Below are positions 1 to 12,830 of a stretch of 64,000 nt of DNA, piece after piece (position 1 is the stretch's first letter; every line of letters begins with the position of its first letter). The translations under genes and the position numbers were made by a program. The stretch covers positions 2,418,001 to 2,482,000 of the forward strand of contig JAWMAR010000269.1 in the NCBI GenBank assembly GCA_036785375.1, read 5' to 3'. The notes under the pieces were generated by a model. That model made no database searches and was not told where the DNA came from. It saw nothing but the letters and a program-made list of their open reading frames with translations. The DNA is from Leucoraja ocellata. Lineage: Eukaryota.

Positions 1-746
1 CAACTTCTTGCTTGACCAGTCCTAAGATGGAGGGAGGTCTGCCGTATGCTGGAGTTCAATAACATGGCCCGAGTGGAAGCAGGATCTACAATAGTCTAAT
101 GAGGAAATCCTGCCCCTAAACCTCCTCTTTACTTTTTGACAGCAAGCAAAGCTTTAAACAATTTTAATGTTCAGAGCTATTAAAATTGGAGTGAATCATT
201 TAAAGGAAATTAAAAATCACCTTTTTTTACAAAAACCCCACATCTGGATTAGCACAAACAGTTCTGAACATCTCATCGTGAAAAGGACACAATGGTTGAG
301 GAGAAAGTGCTCTATAGGTTTACCACTATCATAGCTGAAGTGGATTAACATGGGGGACTGCAAAATTGAGATCGCATTGACTGGATTTTAGACGGCTAAC
401 TGTTATTTAGTTGGTTTTCATACTCTATTTGAACTGATTGACATTCTAGCTCCAGTGGCCATGGTCTAAAATGAGCTAAGCCTCTTGAGAGTGATGTTAG
501 GAAACGGCAACACACAGAGAGGTTGGCAGAAATGTGAACTCTCTTCTGTGTACGAGAATTTAATCTCAGTCAGTTATTAATCTTAATACCTGAAATTGAT
601 AGAGTTTGCTCACAAAAGATATAAACCAATATTGGGAACATTGTGGCCATGTGGAGACAGGTAACACATCACCCATGACCCCACTGAGAGCGGAACAGCG
701 AGAAGAAGTTCAACACTCATATCCTCATGTCTTTTGATCTTGCATG

Positions 747-965
747 TGGGACGACAGATTACGCAATGGGCTAAGTGTTCGGCTGGCATCCGGAAGGTAG
801 CCGGTTCGAATCCCGCTTGGAGTGCATACTGTCGTTGTGTCCTTGGGGCAAGACACTTCACCCACCTTTGCCTGTGTGTAAATGTAATGTAATTATGTGA
901 AGCACTTTGGGGTCAATGCAAGTTGACTAAAAATGTGCTATATAAATAAGATTATTATATTATTA
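747..965 (+). mobile_element. tRNA-derived CORE-type SINE with an L2-like 3' tail
   Basis: B-box GGTTCGAATCC at 803-813; CORE-like gtgtccttggggcaagacacttcacc; tail tgtgaagcactttgggg...gtgctatataaataag then (ATT)n; TSD ttgcatg at 740-746 and 966-972. Confidence 0.8.
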
Positions 966-2017
966 TTGCATGCCACAGATACTGACTTATTTCCAGTAAA
1001 GTGCACCAGGTAATCATGTCTGAAGTAAACCCAGTAATACAAGTGGTTCATCGGGATATCAGAATACAGAGAGCAAACACAATATTCACATGCATGGATC
1101 AGGTACTACATAATGGTTAAATTTGTCGTTCCTGGACATCTCAGATGCCCAACATCCACCCTTAATACATTACTCCAATATCATCCCTGGCTACACTCAG
1201 CAGCATGATATAGTGGGATGAAATTTCCCAATTGGTTTGAAAGTGATCTCTGGAATGGGGGATACTAAAAAGATGAGCGATCTTCCATCAAGATCACTAT
1301 TAAAATGAGTGTAATGTTCAAATAATTTCTTTTCTGTCGCTGTTTGGCTTCCAACTGATTTCACAAATGCAGCGCTGAAGAGATATAATGGTGGTTCTTA
1401 GGTTAAACAAAACTCTGCATTTATGTTGGTTTTCGTTTCATTCTCAGCCAATTAATGCAGTATAATTAGAAACTGTTTTCTGTAATTTACAAAGTATGAT
1501 GTAGCTCCTAAAATTACTCGTTTAAATTAAATTAATGTTCTCTGTGAAGTTTCTAAAAATATGTAACTTCAAACACAAGTTGCAAGGTGAGTGTAATTAT
1601 CTGTGTGAACTTAATTTTCCAATTTGAGGGAAATGCTTTTGTCAATTTTTTTAAAAACCTGGCCCAACCTTCTTCAAATACAGAATGTCTCCCTGTGACC
1701 TCCAAGGTGCCTTCCAGGACATGTCTAGTTACAGATAAAGGTCCACGTGTGCCTGCTCAGTTTCAAGACAAGTGTACTCCAATAATGCAGCTGGCACCAG
1801 CCTGATAGCATCTGTGTTGCCCTGCAATAGGCCTGGTAATACAGGTGTTCTGGAGAAATATTGGCAATCTGTTTAGATTACCCCAACTTCAGTGTGTAGT
1901 CGGAGACTTCCTTCTTTTGGTATCAAATTCCGTGTGTTAGTTGCATTTACATAAAATATTTTTATTCTGAAGCAGGACTGTAAATGAATTATGCTTTTTC
2001 CTATCGCCCATTATAAT

Positions 2018-2064
2018 TACGATACGATACAATAGAACTTTATTCATCCCAGGAGGGAAATTGG
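2018..2064 (-). mobile_element. Short LINE 3' tail (Rex1/Babar-like)
   Basis: (TACGA)n microsatellite followed by ctttattcatcccaggagggaaattgg. Confidence 0.45.
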
Positions 2065-2375
2065 TCCATTATGGTTCAATGGTCCATTACAAAGTTCAGG
2101 GTCTCCCATTTAGATAATCAGTGACAGGCCCATGAACAGCCTGAGAACATTTGGGCAAGAATATGGTTCCCTCTCGTTTTAACTGGTTAAACTATCAGTT
2201 AAAAAAGCAGGCAGAGGGCGGGCAAATTAATTTATTGCATGGTGGATATTGAAATCATAATATGTCCATTTATTTTAATTGTGAGTATATTTGTGAAGCT
2301 TGCAGAATTTTAGAACTGTGTGAGTTTTATAAAGGGTGTAGTTATTGTTTAATTAGATGGAACAAACATTCTGTC

Positions 2376-2515
2376 ATAGACTCATAGCGTGATACAGTGT
2401 GGAAACAGGCCCTTCGACCTAACCAGCCCACATCGGCCAACATGTCCCGGCTACACTAGTCCCAAGTGCCCGTTTTTGGTCCATATCATATCCCTCCAAA
2501 CCTGTTCTATCCAGG
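2376..2515 (-). mobile_element. CR1-like LINE 3' end fragment
   Basis: Reverse complement of the tail seen at 18620-18725 (ggcaggtggaactagtgtag...gaagggtctgttcc...ctgtatgac). Confidence 0.65.
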
Positions 2516-2574
2516 ATTTGTCGAGGAGTATTTCAGTGATTAAACTAATAACAAATCCTGGTTCTATTCTTGGA

Positions 2575-3105
2575 TTTTCAACCTGAAATGTTACAATTTT
2601 CTCTTTCCGCACAGATGCTGCCTGACCAGCTGAGTTTTTCTAGCCTTTTCCATTTTTATTTCTGTTTGACAAACTAGTCCTCTTGTAACTATATAACTCT
2701 TTGCACTCCCTTCTTCTCCCTTACACCTGCCCATTCTTCCACCTCCTTCCCCTGAGCCCCACCTGGACTCACACCAAATTCACCTCTCCTCCCCCCCCCC
2801 CCCCCCTTCACCTACATTCTTTCCTCTAGCTTCACAATCCACAACTCTTCAATCCTTTTGTCTCACACCTTCTGTTTTTTTCGTCTGGCATTTGTGCAAT
2901 TATCGGCTTATCAAAAAAACCTCACCTGTAACAACCTCAGGGTTTTATCCTTCCCCTCCTCTCTTCTAGCTTTGTTTCTCACTACCCCCCGACAACCAGG
3001 CTGTCATCTATCCATGTTCTCCAGAGATGCTGCCTGAACCGGTGTTACATCAGCATTTTGTGTCTTTTTATTTTGTAAGCCTGCATCTGCAGTTCCTTGT
3101 TTCCA
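2575..3105 (+). mobile_element. Degenerate Penelope-like 3' tail / pLTR remnants
   Basis: Pyrimidine-rich tail similar to 46280-46560, ending ccagagatgctgcctgaacc...cagcattttgtgtc...gcatctgcagttcc; an older related piece lies at 2575-2662. Confidence 0.65.
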
Positions 3106-3871
3106 TTCTGTGGAATGGCAAATGGTAAACTCATTCTTTGTGATTGTATTTGCATTTTCTTAAATTGTGGATCAAATATATAGGAGATGAGATCACGTTT
3201 ACTAAAGCACACACACCAAAGCCTTGAAATTATACCATGAGAGAACAGATTCGGCTGATTAACTCTTTCTCTGCAGTTTAACAAAGTCATTAATCTGCTT
3301 AAGGAAGAAAAAAAAAGAGTCAATAAATTCCTAGCACAGCAGAGAAAATTAAACTTACAGAAAATCTGCAAATCCTACAACTTAATTTAAAAACCATCAC
3401 AAGATAACTTTGTAAAACTATTGTACAATGTTACAACAATAGGAATCGCGAGTGCACTTGTATTTGAACAGTGGACTCGCTGTCAACGGAACTCTCAATC
3501 TCTACAATGAAGAATGATGATCTGCAGTGTCACAGAATACTTGCAAACCAATCTGTTAATCCCAGGGGTAACATCACAAAATCTAAGTACTTCTAACCTT
3601 GAGGAGACCCCTACCTCCAGCCCTTATGCACAGTTAAAATCTTTCCTGAAGTTCGAAGGAATGCAATTTTGCCATGTAGCAGGAAATCAGAAAAGAGATG
3701 CAGAAACTAAATGGGAGCAAGGGGACCCTATTAAAGGGAAATGAAAGAATTGCATGGCTTGGAGCTTCAATTTGCTGACCTCTGCTGAAAATTTGTTTTT
3801 CATGTTTATACGATTGTGGAATGCTACAATACCTAACAAGACCGCTGACTTGTTATCTCGCTTAAGATGGA

Positions 3872-3958
3872 CTGGACACAAAATGCCGGAGTAACTCCAG
3901 GCAGCATTTCTGGAGACAAGGAATGGGTGATGTTTCGTGTCGAGACCCTTCTTCAGAT
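3872..3958 (-). mobile_element. Penelope-derived short element with hammerhead-like motif
   Basis: Minus strand 3928-3956 reads CTGAAGAAGGGTCTCGACACGAAACATCA, followed by the family tail. Confidence 0.8.
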
Positions 3959-4429
3959 TTTGCTTGTCTCTCTCGACATTCAGTTTGATCTGAGTCTCCT
4001 TCATTCTTTTTAATAATTTTATGCAGCGTTATAATTTTAATTTAAAGTATTTACAATAAACAATGGTTTGACCAAAGCATTGCATATGCCACCCATTGAG
4101 AATTATAATTCCCCAGTCCACCCCTCAACTTTGTAATGATTATTACATTTATGTTCTCATGTTATGTTCTCATCAAACAGTGTACATGATGAAACCCTAT
4201 CATAGTATGTCGATCTTTACTACTTTACCCTTTATCCTCCCCAGTTACAATTTTAAAAGCCCAGCCTCTTGCACCTCTGCACAACTAAAGCACTTTATTC
4301 TTGATTAGTTCCAATGGATTTACACTTTAATCTTTCCCTTGGTTTTATATTCGTCTCACAGTGCTTGAATCTCCTTTAATTCCTCTGACTTTGACCATCT
4401 TAGTCAAGCACAATCTGACAAAATCAAAT

Positions 4430-4600
4430 AGCTGCAGATGCTGAAAATCTGAAATTAAAACAGAACACGGTGGGAACACCCTGCAGGTCAAGCAGCGTCT
4501 GTGGAAAGCGAAATAGGTCAAAACTATTTGCCAGAGTTCCTTGTTGACAAATGCTGCCTGACCTGCTGAGTATTTCCAGCATTTTCTCTTTTTATTTACA
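4430..4600. mobile_element. Older fold-back Penelope-derived element
   Basis: ctgcagatgctg...ctgcaggtcaagcagcgtct is inverted relative to atgctgcctgacctgctgagtatttccagcattttct. Confidence 0.6.
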
Positions 4601-5039
4601 ATCTAACAATCTGACAAAATCTTTGCTGGATGAATAAAGCAAACCTTTACTTACACATCACAGAGCACAACTTATTCAGAAATTATATTTTAATGAGCAA
4701 TCTACATACCTACATAGTGAACCAAAGGATAATTGAGCCAATTAAACCATTAATTAGTAGTGACTTTCTTTTGTCACAATTTTTAATTACCAAAAAATAT
4801 ATGATAAGATCGCTGTTAACTTTTCATATCACAGTGTACAGCTGAAATACTTGTGAAGATATCTATTATAAGATTAGTCTTGGGTTAGCATTGTTTAATC
4901 TATTTGAAGTGATATTGCGTACGTTAAAACATGAGAATAACAGGAGCTAGAGCAGTCCTCACAAGCCTGTCTCACTATTCATTATGATCATAGCTGCTAT
5001 ACCCCAGGCCTGATCTCATCTATGCTAATTTCTCCTTGC

Positions 5040-5790
5040 TCACAATTTGGAGTTTTGTGAGCAATATTGTGGGCACCATATCTGAGGAAGGATGTGCTGC
5101 CTTTGGAGAGGATCCAGAGGAGGGTTACAAGAATAGTCCCAGGAATGATTGGGTGAACCGATGATGAACTTTGTCGGCACTGGCCCTGTGCTTGCTGGAG
5201 TTTAGAAGAGTGGGGGATCCCCATTGAAACATACAGAATAGTGAAATGCATGGATAGAGTAGAAGTGTAGAGGATGTTTCCACTAGTCTAGGACTAAAGG
5301 TCATAGCCTCAGAATTAAAGGGTGTTTTTTTAGGAAGAAGATGAGGGGAAATGTCTTTAGCCAGAGGGTGGTGAATTTGTGGAATTCTTTGGATTTGCTA
5401 TCCCTTCAGCCACTTTCTTTAAAATGCCTTGCTGAGATGCCTGCATAGAGTGGACATGGAGAGGAAGTTTCCACAAGTGGGAGAGTCTAGGATCAGAGGC
5501 CACAGCCTCAGAATAAAAGGGCGTACCTTAAGAAAGGAGATGAGAAGAAATTTCTTTAGTCAGAGGGTGGTGAATCTGTGGAATTCATTGCCACAGACAG
5601 ATGTGGAGGTCAAATCAATGGATATTTTAAGTCAGAGATTGACAGATTCTGGATTAGTAAGGGTGTCAGGGGTTATGGCAGGAGAAAGGGGTTGAGAGGG
5701 AAAGATAGATCAGCCTTGATTGAATGGCAGGTAGACTTGATGGACTGAATGACTCAATTCTGCTCCACGAACATGAACATGTGAGGTATT
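5040..5790 (+). mobile_element. Two CR1-like LINE 3' fragments
   Basis: Degenerate ORF2 C-terminus (ORF 5429-5695: RGHSLRIKG..RKEMRRNFFSQRVVNLWNSLP) present twice, plus 3' UTR. Confidence 0.85.
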
Positions 5791-5918
5791 GGAACCTTGT
5801 GCCTGCCTCCCTTCACTCTTTTTAGTTTTTTTTCCAAAGTATTGTCCCCTGTAATAGGGATTGTTTCAAGTTTTTCCCTCCCATTTGAAAATAGTCCTTC
5901 TTTTATCCTTGGGATGTA

Positions 5919-6279
5919 CAGGCACCTGGCGTTTTACATGGGGGTTACGGGCTTGAAAAGCAGCGCGTAAATCAAAAAGCGCTTAAATCAAATGTGCCAG
6001 GCACTGCTCGTGACTATGCTGCCAATTGAAATAATTGAGGGTAAATCACATCATACAACATTGCAAAGTGCGCCCTCCCATCTGTACAATGTTTTCTTTC
6101 TCTTAAGCAAGTCTGAACTTACAAGATAACTTTGAAAACTGATATGTAAGTTTGCTGGACATAAATCTGAGCGCATTATTCCGAAAATAGCACATAAATT
6201 AAATTTTGATAGGAATTAGACAAGAGCATTATTCTAATAACACGTAAATCAAGGCCGCGTAAAACGCGAGGTGCCAGTG
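5919..6279. mobile_element. Tc1/mariner (Tigger-like) MITE, degenerate
   Basis: Imperfect TIRs ca-ggcacctggcgttttac / gtaaaacgcgaggtgcc-agtg; TA at 5917-5918 on the left; internal cgtaaatcaa repeats. Confidence 0.65.
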
Positions 6280-6714
6280 TGCAGTATCGTCCATGGGGAA
6301 GATGATGCAAAGTATTAATTGTTTATATTTCCTGTTATTAAAATGCCAGGCTTATGAAGTGCAAGTCCACGCACCTATTTTGCCTATCCTTTATATATCC
6401 ATAGAAGCTCTTATTTATTTTTGTAATCATTCGCCAATTTACTCTCTTAATCATTTTTCTCCCTCCCAAGTATTTTTTTATCTTCCATTCTGGGTCCTGA
6501 AAAAATCCTGTTCTGGTCTAGCACCAGCTTTAATGGACCAATTATATTAACCACCAATGTTTCATCTTTCCAAGCAAATCTCTCACTCAGATTTGGTTGA
6601 TTTTCTGCTGAGTTCATATCTGCCATTACTCATCTACTGAACACTCTTTTTAAGCCTATTTTCTCAGTTCACTTTGTCCAACCTATACTTCATAATCATG
6701 TCATTGCCCTTACC

Positions 6715-7145
6715 AGATGGCATTTGAGCATTTGACGGCATTGGGCCTGTACTCGCTGGAGTTTAGAAGAATGAGGGGGGGGACCTCATTGAAACATACC
6801 CAATAGTTAAAGGCTTGTGGATGTGGAGAGGATGTTTCCACTAGCTGGAGAGTCTAGGACTAGCGGTCATAGCCTCAGAATTAAAGGACGTTCCTATAGG
6901 AAGGAGATGAGGAGGAATTTCTTTAGTCAGAGGGTGGTGAATCTGTGGAATTCATTGCCATTGAAGGTTGTGGAGGCCAAGTCAATGGATATTTTTAAGG
7001 CAGAAATAGATAGATTCTACAGATGTCAGGGGTTATTAGGAGAAGGCAGGGGAATGGGGTTAGGAGGGAGAGATAGATCAGCCATGATTGAATGGCGGCG
7101 TAGACTTGATGGGCCGAATGGCCTAATTCTGCTCCTATTAATGAT
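6715..7145 (+). mobile_element. CR1-like LINE 3' fragment
   Basis: ORF 6817-7230 GHSLRIKGRSYRKEMRRNFFSQRVVNLWNSLP; 3' UTR ending gatgggccgaatggcctaattctgctcct. Confidence 0.9.
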
Positions 7146-8102
7146 TACTTTATTTAAATTGAGAGCACTGGTTATGGACCTGAGGTGTTTACCCTCAAAC
7201 TCCATTTGGTATTCTTCCATGCTGTGGTAGAGTTAAAGTTGATTAATCCCAACTAATTGTGAATTAAGACATAACAAAAAAGAAAAATAAATGTCTTAAA
7301 TTCTGCTTAACTATGTTGACGCTATCCTTTCCCATTAAAATGTGTTAGTTTGTTTTAGGCAAGTCCAAAGAGAGAATAGTCCAGAAATGATTCACCTTGC
7401 ATTATTGTGCGTTTTGTGGTGAGTTATCTCCCAAAGTGGGTTCAGCTAACAATTGTCTGCGAGCTATTGTTCCTACTTTCTACTTTGATCTTTGTCACTG
7501 GTCCAAAGACTTGATTTATAATAACTATCAATCTTTCAGAGTCATTCATCAAGGTCCTGTTTCAATTCAGTAGCTCTTTGTTTTGTATTACACAGAAAAG
7601 CTGTCATTCATTACATGCAAATGATGTTTGGCCATTTTGCTTCTTTTCAGCAAAGCACAACCGCAAAAGGTTAGCTTTAAGCTGGAAAGATTGTTTGCCA
7701 CAGTAAATCCAAATCTTTTTTTATACCTATCATCATCTTGATCAGAGCAACCAAAACAAATAATCTCGTGTACACTTGATCCTGAGAATTGGCCTGTGCA
7801 GAATAACAGCATTCTCCATTGTTGCCCCTTCTCGTCTTTAAAAAATATAATGCAGTCTCATTAGCACTGAAATCTGACGGTGCAAAACCGGAAAAGCTGG
7901 CATAATGCAAGTAAAGATTTGTATCAAAAATGTTGCTGAGCAATTTTGCACTTTGGAGAATTAACACCAGTTTATAATAGTGAATGACACTTTTGATAAA
8001 GGATTTTGTCACATTGGCCACTGTTCTTCTAGTTCTATCACATCCAAATGACATCAGCAATATTGTAACACCAGAATTTGTCTCAAGCAAGATTTCCAAC
8101 TA

Positions 8103-8916
8103 CCCCGCGATGGTTTTCTCGCACATGATGTGCGGGATTGTGGATTAAAGGGTCGCTGTAAAATTGACCCTAATGTACAGGGAGTGGATGATGAATTGGA
8201 ATGACATGGAGCTAGTGTGGATGGGTGATCGATAGTCGACGTGGATAGTGTTGCCAACTGTCCCGTATTAGCCTGGATATCTCGAATATTAGGCTAAATT
8301 GGTTTGTCCCATGCGGGACCACCGTTGTCCTGTATTTGACTGCTACTTCTCGGGTTGAGAAGACTGTCGGGTCGGAGTGCAGCGTCTGGCCCCACCTCAC
8401 CCGTCCCAACACAGTGCAGCCCATGGAGTGCAGCAGCAGCACCTTGCCCATGGCCCCGTCGGTCGGCAGCCCGGCCAGCTGTCTGACCTTCGCACCTTCG
8501 CTTACCGCCTACCGCCGACACCACCACCCCTCCTTCCCATGGCCAATCATCGGTTCATGAGTTGGATGGGTTGCAGGACTTTGCGTGCAGCAGAACACAA
8601 AGCCCAGCCGGTGGGCCAGTTGAGGAGCTTTGGCCCGGGCGCTGGACTTTGCGCGCGACGTTGCATGCCCCTGGCGTCCAGGCCAAAACTCTTCAGCTGG
8701 CCCGCCGACTGGGCTTTGTGTGCAGTCCAGCACCCGGGTCAACTCACCATTCACCCAACCACGGCCGAGTCGGTCAACAAAATGCCATCGGGAATTTGTC
8801 CCTTACTTTGACCTTTTGTCCCTTATTTGGGAGTGAGAAAGTTAGCAACCCTAGGCGTTGACTTCGTGGGCGGAAGGGCAAGTATCCATGCTGCATCTCT
8901 AAACTGAAACTAAACT
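8103..8916 (+). mobile_element. V-SINE/HE1-like SINE 3' half, split by the hAT MITE
   Basis: SINE body 8103-8245 resumes at 8854 and ends in ctctaaactgaaactaaact. Confidence 0.65.
8246..8853. mobile_element. Non-autonomous hAT (Blackjack-like) MITE
   Basis: TIRs tagtgttgccaact / agttagcaacccta (12/14); 8-bp TSD gacgtgga (8238-8245) / ggcgttga (8854-8861); GC-rich interior. Confidence 0.8.
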
Positions 8917-9577
8917 ATAGAGCTCAAAGGAGGTCCTGCTTGCAAGTTGGTAAGGAACTTGAAGTCCATGTCAATGAATTCACATAGGTCAATCTCCCTT
9001 TAAATGAGGACATCTTCATCTCTGTACTGCAGGCTTGTTTTGGTGTCAGTTGTCTGCATCGTTTGGTGTGTAATGGAATACGAGATGTGTTGGCTGAGAA
9101 GCAGGTCCAAACTGTACTGGTTCACCTATTCTGATAGTTATATAGTCTCTTCTTGAATCAGAGATGCCAAAGTTAGACCTCCTTTGTATGTAGAAACTTA
9201 ACAATCATCTGCATTGGGTGTACAGGAGATAAGGAGATAAACTTTTGAGTTAGGTTTATACAAAACAATTCCATGCATAAAACAGTCCATAAGGAAGGGA
9301 GCTAAATAAATGTCCACACTATTTCACTATTGTTGAATTTACAAAACTGAGATCCTGGCATTACTTGGGTCATAAATAAATTAAAAAACTGTAAATGCAG
9401 GAAACACTGAGTAGGTTAGACCACATCTCAGTGGAGAGAGAAACAATTTATATTTGGTGACTTTTCAACAAACTGAAAAGTTGTTTTGCCTCTCAGAGAT
9501 GGATCCCACATGATCTTAGCTTTATTAAAATAATGTTCACTTTCAGATGAGTGGATTTTATGAATTTTTTGGTACTT

Positions 9578-9710
9578 TAAATGATAGGTCTATAAAGGGC
9601 AAAGGATACTGTCCCGTCGCAGGGTAATGGGATCAGTGAAGATGGGCAAGAGGTTTGGCATTGACGTGGTGGGCTAAAGGGCCTGTTTCTGTGTTGTATG
9701 ACTCTCTGAT
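9578..9710 (+). mobile_element. CR1-like LINE 3' tail
   Basis: Ends ggtgggctaaagggcctgtttctgtgttgtatgactct, the tail shared with the local SINE family. Confidence 0.6.
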
Positions 9711-10184
9711 TCTTAAAGAATGAATGGGAATCCCAGAGTGACAGCTTCAGCGAAAACAATTGTTTTCACTGTTCAGAACTTGCCTGGCTGCTTCCCACCG
9801 TGAACATAACTATCCTCAGTTATATTCCCATAGGTGTATTGCTATCTCATTGATGTCAAAGTGGAAACTATGGGAAGAGTTGATGGTACATTTTGTACAT
9901 TGAAGAGGACAGGTCACAGTCTGTGAACTAAACCATTGTAAAGATGTAATGAATTTTAAAGTCAATACAGTGTTTTGGCTATACAGTCACAGGCTGTAAA
10001 TGAAGGTGCTGTACGGCATGTTTCATTTCTAAATAGACTGGGGAAATTATATTAGTTTGGTAACATTTTTCTTGTATATTGTTTGAAGGCAAAAGTTATG
10101 AATTTCCACAGAAAAGAGGAAAATATCATCTAAAGAGCAGTTCATTTTTAAAGCATCTTAGCCCTTTATTTAAATGTTATAAAC

Positions 10185-10470
10185 TACAGTGGCACAACTT
10201 GTAGAGCTGCTGCCTCGTGGTGCCAGAGATATGGGTTTGATGCTGACCTCAGGTGCAGTCAGTGTGGAGTTTGCACGATCTCCCTACGACTGCATGGGTT
10301 TCCTCTAGGTGCTCCGGTTTCATCCCACATTCCAAAGGTTTGTAGGTTAATTGGCCTCTGTTAAAAACAATAAAAGATTCCCATAGAGTGGAGGGAGCGG
10401 ATGCAAAAGTGGAATAACATAGATCTAGTGTGCACGGGTAATTGATGGTATGTATGGACTAAACTAAACA
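10185..10470 (+). mobile_element. V-SINE/HE1-like tRNA SINE
   Basis: tRNA-like head; V-domain gtgtggagtttgcacg...ggtgctccggtttcatcccacattccaaag; (CTAAA)n tail. Confidence 0.85.
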
Positions 10471-11397
10471 TTTTTAAATGTAAGCACTGCTGCGTTTTAG
10501 ACAAAATATGGGCGACAAATTTGTACACATTATTTCGATAATTGTATGTATGGTCAGTTCCACATTGTTGTGCATTTAGATAAGAAACAGTGTCCAGGGC
10601 ATAGTCAGAACTTGCTACAAGAAGAGAGCGAGCAAGCAGGACATTTCATGCCAATTTCAACAATGAGCGTTCTCTTAATATTGGAGAATGCTAGTTCATG
10701 CATGTGAAGCGATTACTTTCTATGATAAGACCCCGGTAAATTGATGCTTGCCATTGATGTTGAACTTTTTGTTGTTTCTTGATCCAGTGGCAGCAGTTGG
10801 AAATTGGACACATTTCACTGATGAGGCTTGAAGGAAAGTGTCTGCGAGGCACTATTGCAACACTTCCAAGACTGTACTTTCCAGTGGGGGCTATTTTTCC
10901 CCCACTTCAAACTAATTCCATGCAGCTGCATTATATTACTCAAGAACCAATGGAAAGATATGGTGGGACAAGTTTCAAATTATAAAGACTGACCCTAGTC
11001 AGAATGTGCACAAAATAACTATGTGGGGAATCAATAACAGCTATTGAGTGTTCTAGTCCAGAAATCGTACGCCTGACATTAACAAATCACATCTGCTCAG
11101 TGAAATATTGTCAGCCAGTGTTTTAGAGTGAAGCCACTAAAACCAATTATTTTGTTAAGTAAATTTAATGGAATAATCATTTGGTTCCTCTTTTTTTTCA
11201 TCCTTAATGTACTAATTATTTCATAATAAAGCTCAAAAATCCTCTTGTAACTGAACCTCAAAGTATACCCATCTATCCACTGTGTTTAGGAGTTGCATTC
11301 TATGCCATGACCTCATGCTTTTGGGTCATTGCCCCATATATTTGCAAGGCCCATGGTACTAAATCAGCAAGGGTGCAAGGAAGAGTGAAGTAAAGAT

Positions 11398-11571
11398 GTG
11401 TAGGAAGGAAATGCAGATACTGGTTTACACCAAAGATAGACACACAAACCAATTAACACGGCGGGTCAGGCAGTATCTCTGGAGAAAATGAATAGGTGAC
11501 GTCACCTATTCCTTTTCTCCAGAGATGCTGCCTGACCCGCTGAGTTACTCCAGCATTTTGTGTCCATCTTC
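11398..11571. mobile_element. Fold-back Penelope-derived element
   Basis: 40-bp arms 11461-11500 / 11501-11540 with 2 mismatches and no spacer, centred on GAC|GTC. Confidence 0.9.
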
Positions 11572-11667
11572 AGTGAAGTTAGATAATGGGTGCGTAAGAT
11601 GTTGACGTGGTTAGCCTCATGGGCAGACTGAATATCAGTGGAAAGGTTTCTGCAGAGATCTGGCACG

Positions 11668-12330
11668 CAAGTCAAGTCAAATCAAGTCAAATTTATTGTC
11701 GTATGCCTAACTATGATGAGGTACAGGTAAAATGAAAATCCTTCTTGAAGCAGTAAGACATTGACTCGAACAACACACCATAACCAAATCACACACTAAT
11801 TCTACCGTGAAAAGAAAACGACTACATAAACAAGATATTACGCAAAATACAATTAGAACACAATTCCATGGTAGTGCAAGTGGTGGTCCATGGTGTTACA
11901 TTGCTGAGATAGTACTATGGTTCTACAGGTTGATTCAAGAACCTGATGATTGTAGGAAAGTAATTGTACCTGTTCCTGGTGGTGTGGCATCATCAGAATT
12001 GCCCAATGACATCAGCGAGAAGAGTCCATAGCCTAGATTTGGGGGGAGTGTGGTATCCTTGAAGATAGATGCTGCCATATTGAAGTGTGTAGATACTTTG
12101 GATGGTGGGGAGAGCTGTGCCTATTGAGGAATAGGCTCCGCTCACCACTCTGCAGCCTCTGGTGTTGCTGCACATTGGATTTGCTGTACCAGGCCTCAAC
12201 CACCAGTGTACTTTCTACAATGCATCTGCAGAAGTTTGTTTCAGTATTCGGTGACATCCGACATCACTTTACACCTCAAAGAAAGTAGAGGCACTGGCAT
12301 GCCCTTTTCATGATTACGTTCATGTCCTGA
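11668..12330 (-). mobile_element. Rex1/Babar-like LINE 3' fragment
   Basis: (CAAGT)n tail plus tttattgtc; ORF 12033-12257 TNFCRCIVESTL...AWY resembles the Rex1 RT C-terminal region. Confidence 0.75.
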
Positions 12331-12557
12331 CTTCCCAGAGAAAACTGGAAAGGGGAGAACATCAGAGGAGGGGGTGGGAGGAATGGGTGGGTGGGTGGGA
12401 GGTGGGGGTTGGAGGGGGATTAGAATGGAGATTGCAGGTGATCAAGGTTAGATTGGCAGTAAAGTGAGGGAGCAAATTAAGAACATTCAGTTTAAGGGTG
12501 CATCAGGGAGGCGCAGTCTGTTTATAGGGACGTTACTAAGGTAACTTGGTGAACTAC

Positions 12558-12830
12558 ATTTAGTTTAGTTTGGAGATACAGCAGGGAAAGATGCCCTTCC
12601 ACCCACCGATTGACCCCATATACAAACACTTTCCTACACACTAGGGACAATTCACAATTTTACCGAAGCCAATTATCCTACAAACCTGTACATCCTTGGA
12701 GTGTGGGAGAAAACCGGAGCTCCCGGAAAAAACCCACATGGTCACAGGGAGCACTCCTTACAGACAGCACCCATAGTCAGGATCCAAACTGGGTCTGATG
12801 CTGTGAGGCAGCAACTCTGCCACTGTGCCA
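12558..12830 (-). mobile_element. V-SINE/HE1-like tRNA SINE
   Basis: Reverse complement of the SINE at 16965-17270; (TTTAG)n at the left end. Confidence 0.85.

Noticed and set aside
747-825. Possible tRNA gene
   Set aside because: The B-box runs into a SINE core and LINE-type tail, and the whole unit has a TSD
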